Assembly: GCA_046318155.1 (NCBI GenBank)
Contig: JBKCUU010000055.1
Span: 1-30,459 of the forward strand
Origin: Bdellovibrio sp.
Lineage (GTDB): Bacteria > Bdellovibrionota > Bdellovibrionia > Bdellovibrionales > Bdellovibrionaceae
Length of the DNA: 30,459 nucleotides
Direction: 5' to 3'
Shown: positions 17,822 to 25,508 of the stretch, in pieces
Position numbering within the stretch: the first letter of the stretch is position 1
How the letters are laid out: the number at the start of each line of letters is the position of its first letter
Notes under the pieces: model-generated
Told to the model about the DNA's origin: nothing
The model's input: only the letters and a program-made list of their open reading frames with translations
The model's database searches: none
Translations under genes and position numbers: made by a program

Positions 17822-18755
17822 TGTGGCAGTGCCTCGCAGCCGGCAGCGACTCGATAAGGTCGTGAGCCGTCAGGCCGATCACTCCTCCATTTTTGGTGGC
17901 GATCAAATCACCTGCCCGGCCGTGTATGAAAACTCCACCGACAGCGCTGTGATAAGGGTCGAACCCTTGCGCGAGCAAGCCTGACAAAAGACCTGTGAGA
18001 ACATCACCCATGCCTGCGGTGGCCAAACCCGCGTGACCCGTGGGATTTTGATAACAAGAACCGTCCGCATCGGCGATTAAAGTTTGAAAACCCTTCAGCA
18101 CAACGATGCAGCCACAAGCACGTGCCAGTTTTCGCACCAGTTTCAATCGATTTTTTTGGACCTGTTCTGACTCTAAACCCATAAGGCGTCCCATTTCACC
18201 CGGGTGAGGCGTCAAGATTGTAGGCGCTTTGCGCGGCAAAAGGAGCGCGCGCCCCTGATCAGGCTCTTGCGCCAAAAAATTGAGCGCATCGGCATCAAGC
18301 ACCAAGGGTCCCGCATATCGCATCAAAAATTTTTTGAAGAACACGCAGGTCTGCGGCTCCATGCCAATCCCCGGTCCGAAAGCGACGGCCGTCGCTTTCA
18401 AGGTCAGCTTGATGGCCGCCTCAAGGGAGGACGAGCGAAAGTATCCGCTTCCACCATCCGGCAAAGTTTTGATGATCACCGAGGGGTAGAGGCGGCTCTC
18501 GACCGAGAATCGCACTTGCGCGGGAACGACAAGAGTCACGTACCCAGTCCCCGATCGCATCGCGGCGTTTGCACTCAAGATAGCCGCGCCCGCATAGTGA
18601 ATGGATCCAGCAAAAATGACGGTGTGGCCAAACGTAGCCTTATTAAAATCGGGTTCGTTGCCTCGTGGAGGAAACCACCGCTTTAAGTCGAGGTTCGATG
18701 TCACTCTTGTTTTTGTGGCGTCATAAGAAAGTTCTCGTCTTTGTTTCATCGACAC
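17814..18755 (-). CDS. nnrD: ADP-dependent NAD(P)H-hydrate dehydratase (YjeF C-terminal domain only)
   Basis: NKATFGH; AGS..YAGAAIL; GPGIG; VLDADAL; ILTPHPGEM; VVLKG; LATAGMGDVLTG. Confidence 0.93.
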   Translation of the reverse strand: MSMKQRRELSYDATKTRVTSNLDLKRWFPPRGNEPDFNKATFGHTVIFAGSIHYAGAAILSANAAMRSGTGYVTLVVPAQVRFSVESRLYPSVIIKTLPDGGSGYFRSSSLEAAIKLTLKATAVAFGPGIGMEPQTCVFFKKFLMRYAGPLVLDADALNFLAQEPDQGRALLLPRKAPTILTPHPGEMGRLMGLESEQVQKNRLKLVRKLARACGCIVVLKGFQTLIADADGSCYQNPTGHAGLATAGMGDVLTGLLSGLLAQGFDPYHSAVGGVFIHGRAGDLIATKNGGVIGLTAHDLIESLPAARHCHIK

Positions 18756-18807
18756 TCAAGCTAGCATAGAACGATCCGCCCGTCTTACTTGATTTTCTGA
18801 AGACGAG

Positions 18808-19575
18808 CTAATCTAGAATCGCATACCAAAAGAGTGCCTGCACGACTAACCCGCCCAAGATCAAAAGTCCCAGCAGACTCCACCACCATTGCTCAAAATA
18901 AAGTCCCGTGGCCAGTGTTAAAAACCCAACGAGCCCTAAACTCACCTTGCCCGCGCTGTTCATAAACGGCAAAGCCGCCCGTTTTCGAACAGCGCTGGCG
19001 ACTGAGTTCGGCATCGATACGTGGTCCAGGAATTTTCCGAGATTTGTGGCAAATTCATCAACTCGATTCCAATCCGTCAAGTCGTAATTCTTTTGAGTAT
19101 CCGTCGGACCACCGGAGAGTCGGCTTTTTCTGCGCATGATGAGCCGAAGCCACCAAGAGTACTCAAGGTAATTGATGGCACCCGCAAACGAGTCCTCGAT
19201 TTGAGGATACCATTGCGACCGATTATAAAATGAGTTTCGCAAAGCTTGGCCTGCCTCTTCGGTCTCACGCGAAGGCTCAGCCGCACTTAAGCTCACCGAA
19301 AAAAAAGCCGAGGCTGGACTTTTGATCTTGTCCTTATTGTTCAACAACCAACGCCTGAGACGAGAGCTGTAATGACCGATGTAAAGCGGGGCCCCAATGA
19401 CCACGAGGTCCCAAACCGCGGGCCACTCAGAATCATCGATGGGATCACAAATGTTTTGAACGCGAAAATAAGAGGCGTGTCCATTGAGCTTGTGCGCGAG
19501 ATGGCTCCGAATGTGACGCGCAATTTTTGCTGTTTGCCCGTGCGTCGTCGCATACAGAATGAGGATGTTTTTCAT
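18808..19575 (-). CDS. hemG: HemG-like flavodoxin (menaquinone-dependent protoporphyrinogen oxidase family) with a C-terminal membrane hairpin
   Basis: ILILYATTHGQTAKIA; GAPLYIGHY; AFFSVSLSA; FAGAINY; YDLTDWNRV. ATG 19575 overlaps the stop of the upstream kinase. Confidence 0.8.
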   Translation of the reverse strand: MKNILILYATTHGQTAKIARHIRSHLAHKLNGHASYFRVQNICDPIDDSEWPAVWDLVVIGAPLYIGHYSSRLRRWLLNNKDKIKSPASAFFSVSLSAAEPSRETEEAGQALRNSFYNRSQWYPQIEDSFAGAINYLEYSWWLRLIMRRKSRLSGGPTDTQKNYDLTDWNRVDEFATNLGKFLDHVSMPNSVASAVRKRAALPFMNSAGKVSLGLVGFLTLATGLYFEQWWWSLLGLLILGGLVVQALFWYAILD

Positions 19576-20843
19576 TGCACAGCTCTTCGTTCTAAAATGA
19601 ACCAAAAAGTAGATCCACCGCCCACAACACTCTCAAATCCCACTTGGCCCCCATGCCGCTCAACCAAATCTTTGGAGATTGCAAGTCCCAGCCCCGAACT
19701 TTGCTCGCCCAATTTAGGCAACACACTTGTGCATCCGTACTCGGTAAAGAGTTTCGCACATTCTTCTTTTGGAATTCCGGGTCCCTGATCTTTGACCGAA
19801 AACTTCACGCCATCTTGAACATTCGAAACCTCTAATTCGACTCGAGAACCTGAGGGCGAGAACTTAAATGCATTTGAAAGGTAGTTCTCAAGAACTCGGC
19901 GAATTAAATGCGAATTCATCCGAAAATTGCTCGGAAGCGACTCGGATCGAATCAATAGAAAATTCATTTTCTTTAAATGAGCCATGGCCTCGGCTTGTTC
20001 GCACACACCTCTGAGAAAGCTCGTCAAGTCAACAAATGTCCCTGGAGCCCTCGAAGCGACAACTTTGGCTTGTTGGAGCTCGCAGAGTTCCTCGACGAGG
20101 CTCATCATGTTTTCACTACTACGCGATAAGATCTCAAATATCTTATCTTTTTGCGGGTCCGAGATTTGCTTTTGGTATTGATCTTTGAGGATCTCAACAT
20201 AGCCTTTAAACACATTCAGCGGAGACTTCAAATCATGCAGGACTGTGCAATATCTTTTCTCGAAATCGCGCTGACTTTGAAGACGCTGATCTCGAAGGCC
20301 ATAGTCGATGATCATGGAGATCTCATTGGAGACCTGCGCTAACAGTTCATTATCAATGGGTTGGTACTGAAAGGGTTGCTGACTCGAAAAAAAAACAAAC
20401 CCAACGGGCCTACCGGTCGAGAAAAGCGGCAAGGTGAGATTGCTTCGGACTTGATCTAAAAGTGCCAAACGCGTCGACTCCGAGTTTGGATGATCCACGT
20501 AGTAGGCCTCCAGATCGTCGATAATTCGGGGTTGTTGATTTTCAAGTAACTGAGCTAACGAACTGCCTTCGAGAGGCGCCTCATAGTTCGCAACGAGGTT
20601 CTTGCAGTTCATTTTTGCTTTCGTCCAGATGAGTCGAACTCGGGCTCGGTCCTCGCTGAGGATGGCAATTCCGATGCGGTCAAAGGGAACGAGTGGAACC
20701 AAATGATCAAACAAGTCTTCCAAGATAAGGTCGAAGGGCACTCCGCCCACGATCTCCTGATTGAGATTTTGAAAGAGCGCATGGAGCTGGCTCTCATCCC
20801 TGAATTTAAGATTTTGACTCGATGTTGCCCGTAAATCTTCCAT
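19572..20843 (-). CDS. Cytoplasmic GAF-domain sensor histidine kinase
   Basis: GAF domain (PFDRIGIA...PRIIDDL...VRSNLTLPL); H-box LHDLKSPL; NYLSNAFKFS; DQGPGI; GLGLAI. Confidence 0.92.
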   Translation of the reverse strand: MEDLRATSSQNLKFRDESQLHALFQNLNQEIVGGVPFDLILEDLFDHLVPLVPFDRIGIAILSEDRARVRLIWTKAKMNCKNLVANYEAPLEGSSLAQLLENQQPRIIDDLEAYYVDHPNSESTRLALLDQVRSNLTLPLFSTGRPVGFVFFSSQQPFQYQPIDNELLAQVSNEISMIIDYGLRDQRLQSQRDFEKRYCTVLHDLKSPLNVFKGYVEILKDQYQKQISDPQKDKIFEILSRSSENMMSLVEELCELQQAKVVASRAPGTFVDLTSFLRGVCEQAEAMAHLKKMNFLLIRSESLPSNFRMNSHLIRRVLENYLSNAFKFSPSGSRVELEVSNVQDGVKFSVKDQGPGIPKEECAKLFTEYGCTSVLPKLGEQSSGLGLAISKDLVERHGGQVGFESVVGGGSTFWFILERRAVQ

Positions 20844-20926
20844 TTTAACCCCGCCCAGATAGGCTGAAGAGCCCTTCAATTCAGAAGCCTATTCCAAAGC
20901 GCTCCTGGAGCATTTGAGGTCTGAGG

Positions 20927-20992
20927 TGGGACATAAAGTATTTATTGTTTGATATCGTAGGGCAAAATGTCCCAGCAAGTGCCTCTGTCACA
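20927..20992. promoter_or_regulatory. Cluster of TG(G/T)GACA / TGTC(C/A)CA sites, candidate activator-binding (UAS) region
   Basis: TGGGACA 20927-20933, AGGGCAAAATGTCCCA 20959-20974 and TGTCACA 20986-20992; same half-site as the palindrome at 23591. Confidence 0.45.
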
Positions 20993-21010
20993 TCTTGCTT
21001 CTCAAGTTTT

Positions 21011-22126
21011 CTAAGAGGATAGGGGCAGCTTCAGCACAAAGCAGGTATTCGTAGAGGCGTCATCGTAGGCAAGCTCGGCACCATTGCGCTCAGCAAGAGT
21101 GCGAGAAATCGTCAGACCGAGCCCCGTGCCAATTCCGACCTGCTTGGTCGTGAAAAATGGCCGGAACAATTTTTTCTGCACCTCGGGAGCCAAACCCAAA
21201 CCCGAATCTGAAACTCGAATTTCGACGTGTGCACCAGCAATAGTGGATTCAACACGAACCCAGGGATCTGTCGTTCCGAGAACAGCATCGTGAGCATTGT
21301 TCACAAGATTGACTAAGATTTGAAAAATCTCGGTCGGCCTGCACTTGATCAACAGGTCAGGATCATGCAATTGAATTTCAAACTTAATCTTGTTGCCCTG
21401 CAATTTAGCCCGCAAGATATCAACAACTGAGTCAAGTAAATCTAGCAATGTCAGTTGTTGCGAAGACTCGGCGTCCCCACCATGGGCAAGGGACCGAACT
21501 GTGCGCATGATTTTTTCAATGCGACGACCGGTCAAACCAACCGAATCGACCATAGAACGAATCAAAGCCAAATCAGGGGACGGTCGCTGCAGCGCAGATT
21601 GAATCATCTCGGTGCGCCCGAGAATGACGGCAAGTGGGTTGTTGATTTCGTGGGTCAGTGCGGCCGAGAGCTCTCCAAGTGCTGACATTTTCGAGGATGC
21701 AACGAGCTTCGCCTGTTGATCAAAAATCGTTTGCTCCGCACGCTTGAGGGCCGTGATATCTTGCCGGATCGACAGGTATTGATAGGGTGCTCCATCGGTA
21801 TCAGAAAAAGGCACAATTGTTGTTTGAACCCAGTAAAGACGGCCCGATTTCGTGCGGTTACAAATCTCTCCCCGCCAAGATTGCCCCTTAGAAATTGTCT
21901 TCCAAAGCTCAGTAAAAAAAGTTTTGTCATGAGCCCCGGAGTTTACAATTCGGTGATTTTGCCCAAGGAGTTCCTCCCGGCCATACTCCGAAATTTCGCA
22001 AAACTTATCGTTCACGTAGGTGATTCGCCCAAGGCGGTCCGTGGCGGCAACGATCGCCGCTTGATCAAGCGCATGCTTCTGATCTTGCAGTTCCTTAAGT
22101 AAATGAAGAGGTTCTCGGGCAGCCAT
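21011..22126 (-). CDS. Cytoplasmic PAS-domain (NifL/Aer-like, probably FAD-binding) NtrB-type histidine kinase
   Basis: PAS ITYVNDKFCEISEY...QNHRIVNSG...LWKTI...WRGEICNR...YWV; H-box THEINNPL; NLVNNA; FFTTK..GTGLGL. Confidence 0.92.
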   Translation of the reverse strand: MAAREPLHLLKELQDQKHALDQAAIVAATDRLGRITYVNDKFCEISEYGREELLGQNHRIVNSGAHDKTFFTELWKTISKGQSWRGEICNRTKSGRLYWVQTTIVPFSDTDGAPYQYLSIRQDITALKRAEQTIFDQQAKLVASSKMSALGELSAALTHEINNPLAVILGRTEMIQSALQRPSPDLALIRSMVDSVGLTGRRIEKIMRTVRSLAHGGDAESSQQLTLLDLLDSVVDILRAKLQGNKIKFEIQLHDPDLLIKCRPTEIFQILVNLVNNAHDAVLGTTDPWVRVESTIAGAHVEIRVSDSGLGLAPEVQKKLFRPFFTTKQVGIGTGLGLTISRTLAERNGAELAYDDASTNTCFVLKLPLSS

Positions 22127-22156
22127 CAATTTTCTTGTATCCCCAATCCAAGCATT

Positions 22157-22172
22157 TGGCACTTGTTTCGCA
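22157..22172 (+). promoter_or_regulatory. Putative sigma54 promoter of the response regulator
   Basis: TGGCAC-TTGTT-TCGCA, with correct GG-N10-GC spacing, about 40 nt before GTG 22210. Confidence 0.6.
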
Positions 22173-22209
22173 GCGCCCGCATGGTTAAAAATATGCTCTG
22201 GAGGCTCAA

Positions 22210-23594
22210 GTGGGTGAAATCGTTGTCATTGATGATGACCGTGAAATGCGGCTCATGGTTCAGGATCATCTGAGTGCATCTGGGTACAGGATCCGCAGCT
22301 TTGAAAGTCCTCGCGAAGCCTTGAGTACCCTGCTCGCCAATGCCAGTGAGCCCATTGCAATCTTGACAGATCTGCAAATGCCCGAAATGAGCGGCCTCGA
22401 GCTGATCAAGCGGGTCAAGGGCAAGTACCCGGAGCTTCCGATCATCGTCATGACAGCCTTTGGGAGCATTGAATCAGCTGTCGATGCCATGCGAAAAGGC
22501 GCTTTTGATTACATGACGAAACCCTTTAAGCTGAACGATTTGAATTTTACGATTGAACGAGCTGTGGCAATGTCAAACCTCGCCAATGAGAACAAAGTTC
22601 TTCGAGCCGAACTTAAGAAAACCTCGGGCAAAGGACAACTCCTCGGAAAATCTAAACAAATGAGGAGTTTATTCGACCTGATCGAGCGCATTGCGCCAGC
22701 TCAATCAAGCATTCTCGTCACCGGTGAGTCTGGCACCGGTAAAGAAATGGTTGCCCGCACAGTTCATGATTTGAGTGGCCGCCCCAAAGACCGCTTTGTC
22801 GCGATCAACTGCACGGCCATTCCCGACTCCTTGCTTGAAAGTGAACTCTTTGGCCATGCCAAGGGCTCGTTCACAGGCGCAGACCGCCGAAAAAAAGGCC
22901 TCTTTGAAGAGGCCGAAGGCGGCACGCTTTTTCTCGATGAGATCGGTGACATGGATTTGAGTCTTCAAGCCAAAATCCTTCGTGTTCTGCAGGAGCGAAA
23001 AATTCGTCCCGTTGGGGAGAACAAAGATATCGATATCAATGTGCGGGTGATCGCAGCGACGCACAAAGACCTCAGAAAGGCGATCAGCGAGGGGCTGTTT
23101 CGCGAAGACCTTTACTACCGCTTAAACGTGATTCCGATCCAGATCCCCCCTTGCGCCATCGTAAAGAAGACATCCCGTTGCTGGCTCAATCGTTTCTCGA
23201 GAAATATGCAGCGCTCAATCGATCACCTGCCCGGGGCTTTTCTCCGGGTGCTTTGTACCTTTTGATGGATAATCCCTGGCCCGGGAACGTCCGCGAGCTC
23301 GAGAATATGATCGAGCGATTGGTCGTCATGGCCCGTTCGGCTCAAATCGAAGAGTCGGACCTTCCCTCCCCTGAGAGTGCCAGCACTGAAGACTTTTATG
23401 GCAAGATCACTCAAGATTTGCCGAACCTTGAGGTTCTCGAAAAACGCTACATCCAGTTTATTTTGGCAAAAGTCGGCGGTAAAAAAGACCGTGCCGCCCA
23501 GATCTTAGGAATCAACCGCCGAACACTCTACCGGAAGGAGCTCGACTACGACACCTCTTTGGCCGAGGGGAGCGCCGGCGATGGTGAAACGTGA
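22210..23594 (+). pseudogene. NtrC/ZraR-family sigma54-dependent response regulator, frameshifted at a C6 run (may be a sequencing error)
   Basis: REC domain (IDDD, TDLQMP, MTKPF); GESGTGKE; GSFTGA; FLDEIGD; FREDLYYRL. The continuation LRHRKEDIP...WPGNVRELEN...HTH is in another frame. One extra C at 23145-23150 restores IPPLRHRKEDI. Confidence 0.9.
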
Positions 23595-23636
23595 CAAATT
23601 GTCACAAGCCTCTTTGGCCTTGGGATAGATCGTCAC
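23591..23636. promoter_or_regulatory. Tandem palindromic sites, candidate enhancer (UAS) for a sigma54 activator
   Basis: GTGACA-AAT-TGTCAC (23591-23605) and a degenerate copy GGGATAGATCGTCAC (23622-23636, 11/15 match), 31 bp apart. Confidence 0.55.
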
Positions 23637-23663
23637 TTTATTGATGTTCTTGTCTAAAAGAGT

Positions 23664-23679
23664 TGGCATCTCACTTGTA
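23664..23679 (+). promoter_or_regulatory. Putative sigma54 promoter
   Basis: TGGCAT-CTCAC-TTGTA; the -12 element is GT rather than GC. Lies just downstream of the palindromic sites. Confidence 0.45.
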
Positions 23680-23688
23680 ATGACATGA

Positions 23689-24111
23689 GTGATGATCCGA
23701 CCTCAACAAAGCTTTTTTCGAAAGCTCCTCTTCTTTTTTCGGCGAAGACCACACGGGCGCAGCCCCGTCTTTGGGTGTTCACCGCTTCGCCTGCCTCAAT
23801 TTAAGGTCTCGCCAGAGACGCCGATGATTGATGCCCACTGGAAGCAAATTATTTTAAGCTTGCTGCACCTCTCACAGGACCATGTGGCAGATGCCCTGAG
23901 GTCGACCTGGGGTGAACTCCCCGTCTTACCGGTCCGCAAGTCTCAAGTCTCGGCCTCTCATGTTGACGGCTGGATTCATGAAAATTTGTTTGAGATTCAC
24001 ACTCTTGAGGATTCGCAGGGTGACGTCAAAATCGAATTTTTTCAGAACGGTCAATCAATGTGCGACTTCAAGTTGATTCGGCACCAATCCAAGTTCAAAT
24101 TAGGTTCTTAA
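23689..24111 (+). CDS. Hypothetical protein (start uncertain)
   Basis: 140-aa ORF downstream of a candidate sigma54 promoter; the C-terminal two-thirds look protein-like. Confidence 0.5.
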   Translation: MMIRPQQSFFRKLLFFFRRRPHGRSPVFGCSPLRLPQFKVSPETPMIDAHWKQIILSLLHLSQDHVADALRSTWGELPVLPVRKSQVSASHVDGWIHENLFEIHTLEDSQGDVKIEFFQNGQSMCDFKLIRHQSKFKLGS

Positions 24112-24200
24112 TCATCGACATTGCGTCATGCGACATCCCCAAAAAATGGGATTATTTGGCAGAAATTTTGATTTCGATCGACGCAGGATCAAATTAAACA

Positions 24201-24216
24201 CGGCACGAGAGTTGCG
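24201..24216 (+). promoter_or_regulatory. Putative sigma54 promoter
   Basis: CGGCAC-GAGAG-TTGCG, a near-consensus -24/-12 element about 55 nt upstream of ATG 24270. Confidence 0.65.
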
Positions 24217-24269
24217 ATAGGGCCAGGAGTGTCCATCGATAACCGATGACTCAAAACCATGGAGACTTT

Positions 24270-24662
24270 ATGAAAACGAACTTTACTTCACTTTTTGTCG
24301 CCGCCGCTTTTTTGATGGGAGCGCCAGTCGCTATGGCTGCCGAACCCGCTCGCGAAGTCATGATCGGCATTTCGGATGCTTATGTTCCTGCGGGCTTTGA
24401 TTCAAACTCGGACGCGTTTGTCGTCACGAATGGCGTATTTCCAAATGGTTGCTACCGCTACTCTCGCGCCGAAGTGACCCATCAAGATGACAGCACCCAT
24501 ATCGTCAAGAGCTACGCAACCGTGCAACCAGGCATGTGTCTGATGGTTCTTGTCCCCTTTACAAAAGAAGTTCTCATTGGAAAACTTCAGAAGGGTTCAC
24601 ACACCATTCGCTTCTTGAGCGGAGATGGCACTTACCTCGAAAAAAATCTTAAAGTTGAGTAG
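24270..24662 (+). CDS. Secreted small beta-rich protein with one Cys pair
   Basis: GGAG RBS; signal peptide MKTNFTSLFVAAAFLMGAPVAMA; NGCY ... MCLMVLVPF. Confidence 0.8.
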   Translation: MKTNFTSLFVAAAFLMGAPVAMAAEPAREVMIGISDAYVPAGFDSNSDAFVVTNGVFPNGCYRYSRAEVTHQDDSTHIVKSYATVQPGMCLMVLVPFTKEVLIGKLQKGSHTIRFLSGDGTYLEKNLKVE

Positions 24663-24685
24663 AAATTTTAATCGAAACTTAGAGA

Positions 24686-24742
24686 CGGCTGCAAATGAGC
24701 CGAGAAGGCGGATCGGGGCGTGGTCTGAAAGGCCCACGCCCG
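24686..24742. other. Two hairpins between the convergent 24270 gene and the Lys/Ala micro-ORF
   Basis: CGGCT/AGCCG (24686-24702) and GGGCGTGG/CCACGCCC (24716-24741, 8 bp perfect); no clear U tract on either strand. Confidence 0.55.
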
Positions 24743-24748
24743 AAGATA

Positions 24749-24805
24749 CTACTTCTTCTTAGTTGCAGCTTTCTTAGTCGCTTTTTTTGCAGCTTTCTTA
24801 GCCAT
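24749..24805 (-). CDS. 18-aa Lys/Ala-rich microprotein MAKKAAKKATKKAATKKK (histone H1-tail-like)
   Basis: GAGGAG RBS (24817-24812), 6-nt spacer, ATG 24805, TAG 24751-24749; below the ORF-track size cut-off. Confidence 0.75.
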   Translation of the reverse strand: MAKKAAKKATKKAATKKK

Positions 24806-24845
24806 GGATTTCTCCTCGTAATCTTCGGCATCATTGCCTGTGGAA

Positions 24846-24874
24846 ATCATGATTCGAAAAACTCACCACGTCAA
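24846..24874 (-). promoter_or_regulatory. Putative sigma70 promoter for the microprotein transcript
   Basis: TTGACG (24874-24869) - 17 nt - CATGAT (24851-24846); predicted start near 24839. Confidence 0.6.
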
Positions 24875-25066
24875 TCAGCGGGTCTAGTTCTTTGACCAAG
24901 CTGATTTTTGCAAGTATCTTGGGCTTCGATTTCATGCTTGATGTATCCACCTTTCGAACGGGTTTGGCTCCATTGCAAAAGCGAAAGCGTCGCGAGCGGA
25001 GCAGGGCAGGGCCCAGCACGACTTCCACTAGACGACAGCGAAGTGTTTGAGTTAGCATAGTGAGAT

Positions 25067-25504
25067 ATGAAAACTTCAAAGTCCTTGAAACTCATGACCA
25101 TGACAGTTCTTTTCTTGTTTCACCCCATGCTCGATGTGGGTTCTTTCGCACACGCAAGAAAAAGATCGCCGCCCAAGGCCTACAGCTTTTTGACCGAGCA
25201 AGGAAAGGCCTCGCAAGCCGAGTGCGATGGTGAGTGGAAGATTCCCCGTCGCTTGAGCAAAAATCATGAGCTGAAGAAAGCGCCTTCTTATATGGGATCC
25301 GAACTCGAGGTTCCAGTGGTGAAGTCCGAAGCCAACACCGAAATTTGGAAGCATTACTTTAGAGCGAAACCCTTATGCAACCAGGCTCTCGCAAACACGC
25401 CGTCGTCCCGAAAAATCCCTGAAAAAGAAGTTAAAGCCGAGCTCCCACCTGAAGAAGATCCAGAACAAACCGAGCCGACCGAACAGCCGGAGCCTCAGGA
25501 GTAA
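25067..25504 (+). CDS. Hypothetical, probably exported protein with an acidic Pro/Glu tail
   Basis: 145-aa ORF with a hydrophobic N-terminus ending AHA, two Cys and a PEE/EP-rich C-terminus. Confidence 0.65.
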   Translation: MKTSKSLKLMTMTVLFLFHPMLDVGSFAHARKRSPPKAYSFLTEQGKASQAECDGEWKIPRRLSKNHELKKAPSYMGSELEVPVVKSEANTEIWKHYFRAKPLCNQALANTPSSRKIPEKEVKAELPPEEDPEQTEPTEQPEPQE

Positions 25505-25508
25505 AGCC

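Noticed and set aside
20878..20897. Sigma54 promoter for the GAF kinase on the minus strand (TGGAATAGGCTTCTGAA)
   Set aside because: Lacks the required GG-N10-GC spacing.
24749..24805. Lys-rich micro-ORF as a lysine attenuator leader
   Set aside because: The next gene downstream on that strand is convergent, and no lysine biosynthesis or transport gene follows.
24695..25101. ORF-track ORFs 24695-24895 (+), 24831-25079 (-) and 24871-25101 (-)
   Set aside because: No RBS or motifs; they overlap the better-supported microprotein unit and its promoter.
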